Source: Haliotis cracherodii (Eukaryota). Taken from it: a DNA stretch of 64,000 nt. The stretch spans positions 55,862,001 to 55,926,000 of the forward strand of contig NW_027266319.1 in the NCBI RefSeq assembly GCF_022045235.1, read 5' to 3'. Below, in pieces: positions 1 to 11,368 of this stretch. The notes beneath the pieces are model-generated. The model worked only from the letters and a program-made list of their open reading frames with translations, searched no databases and was not told the origin of the DNA. The position numbers and the translations under genes were made by a program. The first letter of the stretch is position 1, and every line of letters begins with the position of its first letter.

Positions 1-2144
1 GGTTGACCATGTGATATTTTCTGGGGAGGGTCGGGTCCTGGAATATTATCGAAAAAATATATTGTCACCGAAAATTCTTGACAAAAATAATTACGGTTCA
101 GACTGGTGAAAAAAATGCCTGCCACAAAAAAATTACATAGATCTAGATGCAAGGTGCTTATCTTCAGGCTCATAGAGTTAAAGAAAATCATATATCTGCT
201 TTTGTAGCTGTGACCGAAAACATATGTAATCTCCATAGAAAAGTTCCAGGTCCCCACCTCCTTCAATATTAAATGGTCGGTCTCTAATCAAGTCCATATT
301 GTATACTTCAACTTTCAGTCATGCGAAGTCACCATTCAACAAAGAACTCCAAGACACATTTGCGTTTACATTTTATTATTTTTAGATTATAGAAAATGTA
401 TACACTTTTCGAAATTATTGAATGCCAGAATCTTCTTTCTTTGGTGTTCACTTCCACTTCCCTGAAATACAAACAGCTTAATAAATCTCGAGCAGGTATT
501 TGAAAGATTTCGTATGAGGAGAAACATTCATTTGGAGATAAGGTTTTATCAATATTCAAACTATAATGTGTAATTCAAGTGACTGATGGAAACAAATTTT
601 AACATTCATTCAGAGACATCAAGAATCAGGTTGAATACAAAACGTGGTATGAGCATAGATTTATATAAATAGATCTTAGCATTCATTTCAAGCCTAAAAA
701 AACCCACCAATTAACATGGATATAGACAATGGAATGTAACCGTAAACAATTGTACTTACGTTAACATAATTCACAGCCCAGGGTTTATTTGGTGTGTTCC
801 TCAATGATTCAACATTCTTGATTTTATCTCCTGGAATGGTCGTGTAACATTTTCCCCCTTGCTGCAACGAAAACAAGAAAAAAAGTCAAAACTAAAACTA
901 TATTCAATAAGCATACATTTAGATCTGTAGTCTAAACAAAAAGATAACATACATTGTATAATTGCCTAAAATTTAGGAAAACTGTAAATCTAAAGTCTTC
1001 ATGTATAAGGTCCGATCGGAAATAAACTCAGGCTACAGATATAAGTAACAAAATTATGAGTACCATCATAAAAAAAAAACACCTAATGTAATTTGGTTTT
1101 ACATATACACCGGTCTGACAAACCAGTGATTGTTATAGTGAGCCACGTCTCACAACCTCTGTCAGAGTACAATGACACACAATCATGTTAGTACAAACAT
1201 GGTTTGTTGGGGACCTTTTCTAAACCGGAATCCAAACGGGAACAGATATATTTGACAGACTTTGTAGCTAATTACGACTCACATCTTCATCGCAGCGCTG
1301 TTTATAAAGATCTAGCTACAGTACGATTTCGTAGCTAGCACTGGAACTTACTCGTTCAGTTTTCGATCACCATTTTATTCTCTCTCATTGCCAAAACGTT
1401 TCAGAGAACCAAGTATCATATACTTACTACGTTTATTAACATAATACAGTTCAATATCGTTAAATATAATTCTATAGTATGGTAGCCTGGCAACATACCG
1501 AGATCGAAAACCGAACGAATATGGTTGCTATCAATTCCATTGTATTTTTCATTGGTGCACATTGACTAGATCTACACCTATCTCACATTAATAATCAACA
1601 AACGATGACCAAATCACTGACAATGTATGGTGATATTTAACTTTTGATTATCGACTAGCTTATCATCACCAGCGAGAACAATACCGCAAACACCCCGTTA
1701 TAGCGCGCGACGAGACTCGTTTTAATTTTGCTCGTTTTCATTAGAAGGGAGTCGGACATAGATCTAGTTATCGGAAAATGATGGATTGATTCTTTTTTGG
1801 GAAATATTAAAAATACACATGATAAGCGCCTTTCTCAAATAAACTTTATAGACAGCACCAACAACCATATGATCCACGTTTAGGCTACTTCAGTCAGTGC
1901 TAATTGAGCCTTTTCGGGAACAACAAGTATGTTTCTGTCTCTTCCCGAAAATACAATTTTTCATAACATCATTGAGCGCTTTAGACAAGGGCTATAACTA
2001 GCAGCCTACAGAGAGTCGATCTGAAAATACTTCCATTGTTTTGATTCCCTCTCTTCGCTGTATAAGAGAAATCTACTCAACCTTTCCCATGGCCTGAATG
2101 AGCCACATTGTTTCACAAAAATCAAAGTCAGAATATAATTATAG

Positions 2145-2799
2145 TTACAACACACCAAGACGAGTTGTTTGGGCAGTAAGAGCACGGTTTGGCTGGGCAT
2201 TTGATTGACAGACAAAAGGACCGAGGGGCGGAGCCCCGAGGTGATCCTTTCGTCTGTCAATCAAATGCCAAGCCAAACCGTGCTCTTACTGCCCAAACAA
2301 CGAGTGGGTGGGTGTGTTGTAAGTGACTTGTAGCACGGGTTGCGACGGTCATTCCAAAATTGCGCGAGTTTGTGTAAAATTTAGTGACGTATAATATGAC
2401 GTTAACTTTTAACGTTAACGTTTAACTTTTAATCTAATTGTTAAATCAAGTGTAAACTTTGGTATTTTCAAAAGCACATTAGAAATGTCAACTATTAATT
2501 TTCCGAATTTAGCAAAATGCGTTCTGTGTCCAGTTGTTTTTATTTTTGACCGTTACATTGTAATCTTTTAATTAAGTTATAAACATTTCTGTTGTTTTTT
2601 TTGTTTATTTACGTTATTACTCTTGAAAACTGTACAACACTAAAGAAACATTGTAAGTTTGAAATTTCTCAAGCCAATAGGCGGGGCTTGCTGATCTTGG
2701 CATCAGCCAGTGGTAATAATCTTTAACAAACCGTGCTCTTACTACCATGATACAGCACGGGTAAGATCAAAGGTACCGCTCGCAACCCGTGCTACAAGT
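2145..2799. mobile_element. Non-autonomous element: long terminal hairpin plus 20-bp inner inverted repeats
   Basis: Palindrome 2145-2322. Perfect IR ACTTGTAGCACGGGTTGCGA at 2326-2345 / 2780-2799. Confidence 0.65.
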
Positions 2800-3604
2800 A
2801 CATGTAAACTTTCAGATTTCAGAAATAACACGGAAGAAATGGCGATAACTGTCAGTGGTCAGTAGGCGATGCATACGTTAAGCCTATTTAGGCCTACAGA
2901 CCTTATACGCTTACGATCGAAACCCGAACATAATATGACGACCACAAAACGCCGCCAGACTGAATTCTGGTCAAATATATACCTACTGCTTGCCCTAGGT
3001 AATTACCCTTGGTATCCATAAAATAATAATATGGTAAAAAGTCATGGGCTTCCTTCACCTCTATATACATCATGTTCTGTGTTTCAAATATTACTATCAA
3101 CATTGACGCTCAGCTCAGTGAAAGTGACCGGCAAACTACATTCTAAACCCCGCCACTTCTGAATAATACGATACATTTAAATCATTTGACTATCTGCATG
3201 TACAGAAACATATCAACAAGCGGAGACTGCTTTTGAAAAATAACTTACCTTATCCGAATTCACAGATCATCTGTCCAGTTCCCGTTGCTGCACAATCACT
3301 TGGTTGTATTATATCCAGAGTGAGCTTGAACTAAGATGGCTGGTGACAACAAATCTTCCGCGACAATGTGACGTCATTTTGACGTCACTTCACGAGGCAA
3401 CAGGCTAAACTTTTCAGCAGTCGCTCTCACGCCACAAAAAATGCGCGCCAATGTGCTTTTAACTGTAATTTTGCTTTAGACAACATTTAGTCGACAGATA
3501 ACTTCGTTCATAGATATATATGTTTAAAATAAATAAAACTAAGAGATGGTAGATCTACAAGTGGTTTCCTAAACATCATTTACAAAAAGTGTTGTAATGT
3601 CAAA

Positions 3605-4118
3605 GCATAACGTTATCACAACGTTAATTTGCAACGTTGTTGTTACGTTGTGGAATAACGTTACAATGTAACGTAATATTAACGTTGTAATAGAGATAAG
3701 CAATTACGTTCTGGAAATTTTAGTATTAAGAGATGAAAATTCAAATGCCAAATATACAGAAAGGTAATGCATTACTGCCTTGGTATTCTGACAAATTCAT
3801 GTTGATTTTGATAAAGCAGTTCTATTCCTTTATAACTATCAAGAAGCAAACTTTATAACGTTTCACCGACGTTTCAGAAACGTAGTTACGAAACGTTGTG
3901 CGATGTCCGATGCACAACGTTTTCACAACGTGAATGTGCAACGTTGTTATAACGTTGTGAAATAACGTTGCACGTTGACGTTATAAAAATGTTGTGACAA
4001 CGTTATTTCACGACGTTTCCAATCCACAACCTTTCCACAACGCTGTGACAACGTTATTTCACGACGTTACCAATCCACAACCTTTCCACAACGTTGTGAC
4101 AACGTCGTGTGTTAGCTG
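3605..4118. repeat. AACGTT-rich repeat tract, probable DNA-transposon/MITE end
   Basis: Many ACAACGTT motifs, a 51-bp direct duplication near 3993-4095, ending GTGTTAGCTG. Confidence 0.5.
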
Positions 4119-6475
4119 ACTTACTGAAAGTATATGTAGCTTCAAATTCCAAGTGGGGAGGGGATGAGAAAACCCTCCTCAACTGTACAGAGCACTTATT
4201 CGCTCTAAACTTGATGTTTCTATCATCTATGGTGGAGCCTGCAAAAGCAATCTAAACGTTTGGATTCTATTTACTATCAAGGTCTCAGACTCTGTCATGG
4301 ATCTTTCCGAACTTCTATTGACAGTCTGTACGTTGAGGCCGATGAGGCATCTCTTAAACAATGACGAATTAAATTATCCTTACAGTATATCTCTAAATTA
4401 CGTTCTAATAACTCGAATCCAGCATATGTCTGTGTTTTAACTCCCTTTAAAAGATCTCTACAAGTAGAACAGATGATCTCTACTTGTAGAGATCTTCTGT
4501 TCTCCCACCACTTGGAATAAGACTACAATCTGGTATTTCTGCAGCTAAAATAAGTTTTGAAAATATAGCCCCACTCAGCTTTTGTCTTCTCCACCATGGC
4601 AGTTAGTAAAGCCAGAAGTGGACCTAACATTAACTAAATTAAAGAAATCTGAGTGAGTGAGTGAGTGAGTTTATGCTTTACTTCACATCGGCAATATTTT
4701 AGCCATATCGTGACGAGATGTTAAACATTACATATATTAAACGAATTGAAAACTTGTCATAGATGTAAAGAAATCTAAAACATATCAACTATTTTATCAA
4801 CAACAATATAATAAATTAAGATACACATATGATACTTCCAAATCTATATTTATACATGGATCCAAGGATAGGGGCTTGGGTGCAGGATCATCACCTCCAT
4901 ACCTGATAATAGTTCGAGTTTCAAAGCAGAGGCCAATACCATTTTAACAGCTTTACAATATATCAGTAAACAGTCAAAATATAAGAAGTTTATCATATTT
5001 TCCTATTCTCTTTCGTGTCTACAGGCTATTCATAACATGTCGTGTCTACATCCACTTTTAATCGATTTTAATTGATGAACTTGCCGCTGGCCATTGAGAC
5101 ATCATCCTTGGTTGGTTACCCAGCCATGTTGGCATCATTGGTAAACACAATGGCTGATGCTGCGGCTAAGGCAGCACTCAATAAATCTGTGACAACATGG
5201 TACACTTTTGCTCCCATACACTGATTACAAACCATTTATTAGATCCTATATCTGAGATCTAATGCAAAAGAAATAGGACACCCAAGTAGGTATAAATATA
5301 TTACATGAAATAAAAACAATTTTGGTTTACACCTACAGGAATATTTACTGAAAGGTGAGGATCCTCCATTGTGTATCCCTTGTGATGAGAGAATCACGGT
5401 CAAGCATGTCCTGCTTGACTGTATTGCGATCACAAGGGATAAATATTTCAAATCATCATCTCTTGAGGATCTCTTGAATACACTCTTCAAAAAAAGAAAC
5501 GCATAGGTACATCCGGTTGCATCACCCTAGGAATCGATTTGCTACAGCAACGGACACTGCAGGACGGCCAAAAGTTGGACCTGTCTTGCGACGTCTACAC
5601 CGTCAACGACGTGTCCGGTGGTGCAACAGAGTACAGGTATAGGATCTCAGGAACTGGCGACCCGTTTGGTTCAGCGATGAGTCACGTTTTCTTCTTCAAC
5701 GACGGGATGGAAGACAAAGTGTATATATACTGACGTCGACATGTACGTTTCGCGCCGAACTGCGTTGGAAAGGTGGATTGGTTAAGTGGAAGGAGTGTCA
5801 TCGTTTTGGGAGCCATATCCTACACGGGTAGATCACAGTAAGTGGTTGTCCAGGGCATTCTAACAGCAAACCTATACATAGACCAAATTCTGCGCCCTCA
5901 CCTCCTGCCAACTTTGAGTGAGTGAGTGAGTGAGTTAAGTTTTAAGTCACATCGGCAATATTTCAGCCATATCGTGACTAGCAATGGTTAAGTATAATTC
6001 ATAGATTGAAGCTTATGTAAAAACCTGTCAACGAGGGACAGTAAAATGACTAGATATATCACAGAAATAAATGTAAAACTAGTATTTAATCATAAAATCA
6101 ATAGCACTATACAAAACATGACAGTATAAAAACGGGCTATAGATCGCCAGCAACTGAAGGTAGACCACCATGCTAGGGTCCATGGGGACTTACAGTACTT
6201 TTGCTACCTGCATGGACCCCAGCAGGATTTACACCATCCCTTCAGTGGTTGGCGATTATTGTCAATTTAGCCGAATTAAAAGAACATATATCCTGCAATT
6301 AAAACCATGGTAGTAATAAATACACTGTGAATGCCGTGGACTTACGTACCATCTCCGGGGGACAATTATTTTACACTACTTCAACCCCCTTCGAAGTACA
6401 GCCACTGACAATCTTAGTTATCCAATTTATTCAACCAGTATTAAAAGATCATTTATTAATTACAAAACACATTTA

Positions 6476-9400
6476 TCAAAATTTGTGTACAAGTTCTATT
6501 TCTTTTATAAAGTTAATTATTAAATGAGACGAAACATTATTAAAAAGATCCATTATTGAATTTGCACTGAAATATTTATCCCTTGTGATGGCAAAATCAA
6601 CACAGTCAAGCAGGACATGCTTGACTGTGATTCTCTCATCACAAGGGATACAAAATGGAGGATCCTCACCCTTTAAAAGATATTCGTGTGTATACCTGCT
6701 ATGGCCAATACGACATCGTCGCATAATGACCTCTTCAAATCTGGACTGACAGCCCAAGTAGGTGTAACCAATATTTGGTTTAATTTCACGTAATTTATTG
6801 ATACCGACTTGGGAGTCCCACTTCTTTTGCATAAGATCACAAATATAAGATCTGATTACAGGTTTAAAATCAGTGTATGGGATAAGAAGTGGTGTCACAG
6901 ATTTGTTGAGTGCTGCTTTAGCAGCAGCATCAGCCATTGAGTTGCCTTTGATGCCCACATGACTGGGCAACCAACAAAAGACGATGTCATATTGGCCAGT
7001 AGCAAGTTCATTAAATAATTCAATGATTTTGATTAAAAGTGGATGTTGACATGATACGTTATGGATAGCCTGCAGGCAAGAAAGAGAATCGGAAAATATG
7101 ATAAATTTCTTATATTTTGACTGTTTACTGATATATTTTAAAGCTGTTAAAATGGCATTGGCCTCTGCTGTGAAAATAGAACTATTATCGGTTAATCTGG
7201 AGGAGATAATCCTGGATCCAATGACAGTGGCGCTGTTGCCAGCGCCACTATCCTTGGATCCATCTGTAAATATAGATTTGTAAGTATTATATGTGTGTCT
7301 TAATTCATTATATTTTTGTTGATAAATAAGTGGATTAGTTTCCGATTTCTTTAAGTTAGTTAATGTCAGATCCACCTCTGGCTTTACTAACTGCCAAGGT
7401 GGAGAAGACAAAAGCTGCGTGGGGGCTATATCGTCAAGATTAATTTGAGCAGCTGAAATATCAGATTGAAGTCTTATTCCAAGTGGGGGAGAACCGATGA
7501 TTTTTTTTTATAGAGATTTTCATAGAGGGGGTTAAAAACACAGTCATATGCTGGATTCGAATTATTAGAGCGTAATTTAGAGATATACTGTAAGGATAAT
7601 TTAATGCGGCGTTGTTTAAGAGATGGCTCATCAGCTTCAACGTACAGACTGTGAATAGGAGAAGTTCGGAAAGATCCAAGACACAATCTTAGACCTTGAT
7701 GATGGATAGTATCCAAAAGGTTAAGGTTGCTTTTGCAGGCTCCACCATAGACGATGGAGCCATAATCCAGTTTAGAGCGAATTAGTGCTCTGTATAATTG
7801 GAGTAGGGTTTTCTGATCCCCTCCCCACTTGGAATTTGAAACAACTTTCAGTAGGTCAGTATTTTTCAAATATTTTATATGTGGTAAAAAGGTTAAATGG
7901 TGGTCAAAAATAATACCCAGGAATTTAGCCTCTTTTACAACTTTAATCGGAATGCTATCTAAAACTAACTCAGGGTCTTTATGAGGTTTGTATTTCCTAC
8001 AAAAGTGTAAACAGTTTGTTTTGGATTTCGAAAATTTAAAACCATTTTCTAAACACCATTTATTTATCTTATTTAGACATAATTGTAATTGTCTTTCGAT
8101 AGTATGCATGTTTTTACCACGACATGATATGTTAAAGTCATCCACGAATAAAGATCCATCAATGGAGTCATTTATAACCTTAGAGAGGCTATTTATTTTA
8201 ATGCTGAACAATGTGACAGACAAAATACTGCCTTGTGGGACACCCTGATCCTGATTATAATGATCAGACAGGGTAGTACCCACGCGGACTTGAAATTGTC
8301 TGTCAGATAAAAACTTGGATATAAATTGAGGCAAACGGCCTCGCAATCCAAAGTCATGTAAGTCTTTTAAAATACCGTGCTTCCATGTAGTGTCGTATGC
8401 TTTTTCTAGATCGAAAAAGATAGACACTGCATGTTGCTTATTTACAATGGCATTCTTAACGAATGACTCCAATCGAACTAAATGGTCAATGGTACTGCGA
8501 TTTTTACGGAATCCACATTGGATATTTGTGATTAAGTTATTAGATTCTAAGTACCAGGTTAATCTGTTATTGACCATGCGTTCCATGGTTTTGCAAACGC
8601 AATTAGTCAATGAAATTGGTCGATAATTGGAAGGATCAGTATGATCACGACCAGGTTTAGGTATGGGAATTACAATAGCATCATGCCATGAAGAAGGAAA
8701 TTCTCCTGACGTCCAGATTTTATCAAAGATCATCAAGAGGGTTTCTAAACAGGATTGCGGTAAATGTTTTAAGAGTTGATAATGTATATTATCAGACCCG
8801 GAAGCAGTGTCATGAGCTTGCCCAAGGGCAGTATTGAGTTCATGAATGGAAAAGATTTCATTGTAATCCTCCCCATTATCGGAATTAAAATTAATAGGTT
8901 TCTTTTCTTGTTGCTTTTGATATTTTTGGAATTGAGGGGCATAGTTCGAGGAGGAAGAATGTTGAGCCAGAGTTTCACCAAGTTTGTTAGCAATATCATA
9001 AGTATCAGTTAATAATTCATTCCCATTTTTAAGGTGGTGGACACTAGATTTAGAACCCTTACCTTTTATTTTCTTATTCATGTTCCATACCTTAGATATC
9101 GGCGTACGTGAATTTATCTTGGAGACATAATTTTGCCAAGATTGACGCTTGTTTTGTTTAAAAGTACGCCGTGCTTTAGCGTTTAATATTTTAAATTTAT
9201 TTAAATTGTGGACCATAGGATGGCGACGGAAATAGTGTTCAGCTTTTGTCCTTGCCTTCCTAGCTAGCTTGCAATCATTGCTGAACCATGGTTTACGTAT
9301 GTGAGGATTTGAGGAGGACTTCGGAATACATTCATCAGCTATTTTATTAAGTTCATCAGAAAAAATTTTAATAGGATCGGTCACATCAAGAAAACCATCA

Positions 9401-9979
9401 GGTTTTAGTTGATTAGTGCAAAGGACTTCATATAAAGCCCAGTTTGCCTTAGTAAAATTCCATCTTGATGATGGCGGAACATCAGATGGTGTCACAGATT
9501 TTAAAATGGTAGGAAAGTGGTCACTTCCACAGAGGTCATCGTGGACTGACCATTCAAATTCCTGAAGTAAATTAGAATCTACAACTGACAAGTCTAGACA
9601 AGAGTACGTGCCAGTTGCAGGATGTAGATATGTGTGAGTATCATCATTAAAAATGCACAAATCGTTATTTATGAAAAAGTACTTTTCCTTTATTATTAGT
9701 GTCACTACTACCCCAAAGAGGGTTATGGCCATTCAAATCTCCCATGATAACACATGGCTTAGGGAGTTGGTCATATAGTGCTTGAATATCAGACTGTCGA
9801 AGAGAGTACGACGGTGGTACATACAATGAACATAATGTAAAAACAATATTTAATGTCACACGTACCGCAACAGCCTGAATAGTTGATTCTTTCAAATCTT
9901 GAATTAGTAGCTGAAGATCATTAAAATTATTCCGAAGTCCTCTACAATTCCATTGAATGAGGGTAGCAGAGCAACTCAT
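6476..9979 (-). pseudogene. LINE ORF2 endonuclease/reverse transcriptase/RNase H (frameshifted)
   Basis: WNCRGL, GDLNGH, SDHFP, YRPISL, FFDLEKAYD, GVPQGS, FVDD, FTDGS, WLPSHVGIKGN spread across ORFs 9665-9979, 7474-9732, 6476-7411. Confidence 0.9.
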
Positions 9980-11368
9980 GGGGGTTCAACTGGAGATCTT
10001 GAGCGGGAGGAAGACCCTCTCCGTTGAATTGGTGGAGATGGGGTGACTTCCATATCTAGAGGTTCAAAGGGGTTATGAACCTCCAGAGGGACTGTCAATG
10101 GTAAAGGCACCTCGCAGTGTTTCAGGGCCTTTGATTCTTTTTTCTTTTGTTGTTTTTTTCCTTTTCTTGTCATGCTTACATTATGTAGCATTGCAGTAAT
10201 AGTTTCAGGTTCAGGTTCAGGTTCAGGTGCAGATCGTGGCCGAGTTTCTGTAGTTTGTGAAGCTGTTGACGATGAAACAGTGGTCTTGTCAGTATTAACT
10301 GGAAATAAAATGGTCTGTTCGTCTGAGACCCGTTTGGCATGAAGCATCAACTTTGAGTGGAGACAAGGAGACTGCAGCAGAGTAATTCAGCCTAGAAGTG
10401 GAAGTAGGTGACTCTTGGTCTAAAAGCTTTTTAGCATCTGTGAAGGAAATGTCATTATTGTATTTGATTTTTAGAATTTTTGTTTGTCTCACATAACAGG
10501 GGCACGATTTAAATGTGGACATGTGAGCACCGTTGCAGTTTGCACATTTGATGGCATCTGTGCAGTCTGTGCTGTCATGAGACTGGCTGCAGCGGGAGCA
10601 AACAGGTGAGTTTCGACAAGATTTAGCACCATGTCCAAATTGTTGGCATTTGAAACACCGGAGTGGATTTGGTATATATACATCCACCCCAATGTTGAAA
10701 TACCCCGCTTTGATAGACGATGGAAGCTTTGCGAGAGCAAACGTGAAAAGATATGTATTTGTTTTTACGAAGGAGTCACCATCTTTCCTTGTGAATCTCT
10801 TCACAGAAGTCACACCCTGATTTTTCAGTTCCGTTGCAATCTCCTCCTCAGACATGTCGGAAAGGCATTTAGCACGATCACGTACAATACCTCGACATGA
10901 ATTCAGAGTCTTGTGCACTGAGACAACAATCTCAGTATTTGCAAAGTGATGAGCTTGGAGTAGATTTAGAGACTGTTGTCTCCGTGCACATTCCACAAGC
11001 AAGGAGCCGGAACGGAGACGAGTAACATTGATCACATTTCCACAGATACCTTCTATGGATTTGGAAACTACAAAGGGGTTGATTTTGAGGGGTACACCAT
11101 CAACTCCTTCTACAACAAGAAAACGGGGCCAAGAATCAACAATATGTGCAGACTCTTCATCAGAAGAAGTTGCATTATTTGTGTCAATATGACGTCTTTT
11201 TGTTTTTGATCGAGAACCAGTGGACATGGGGGTAGCCATGATGAAAGAAAGATATTCGACACCCCTGCTCCCCACCCGCCATGGAGTGTCAACAAGGACA
11301 GTGTTGTAGTGGTAACCGACTACAAACACCAGGGTTACAAGGGTGCTATACTCCAGCAAAAAGGACAC
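9976..11368 (-). pseudogene. LINE ORF1 gag-like nucleic-acid-binding protein (frameshifted)
   Basis: ORF 10295-11368 has PNPLRCFKCQQFGHGAKSC plus two more Cys/His knuckles; it continues in ORF 9976-10350. Confidence 0.85.

Noticed and set aside
8130-8170. RT motif FVDD instead of YxDD as a novelty
   Set aside because: Present in both LINE copies and within the known variation of non-LTR reverse transcriptases.
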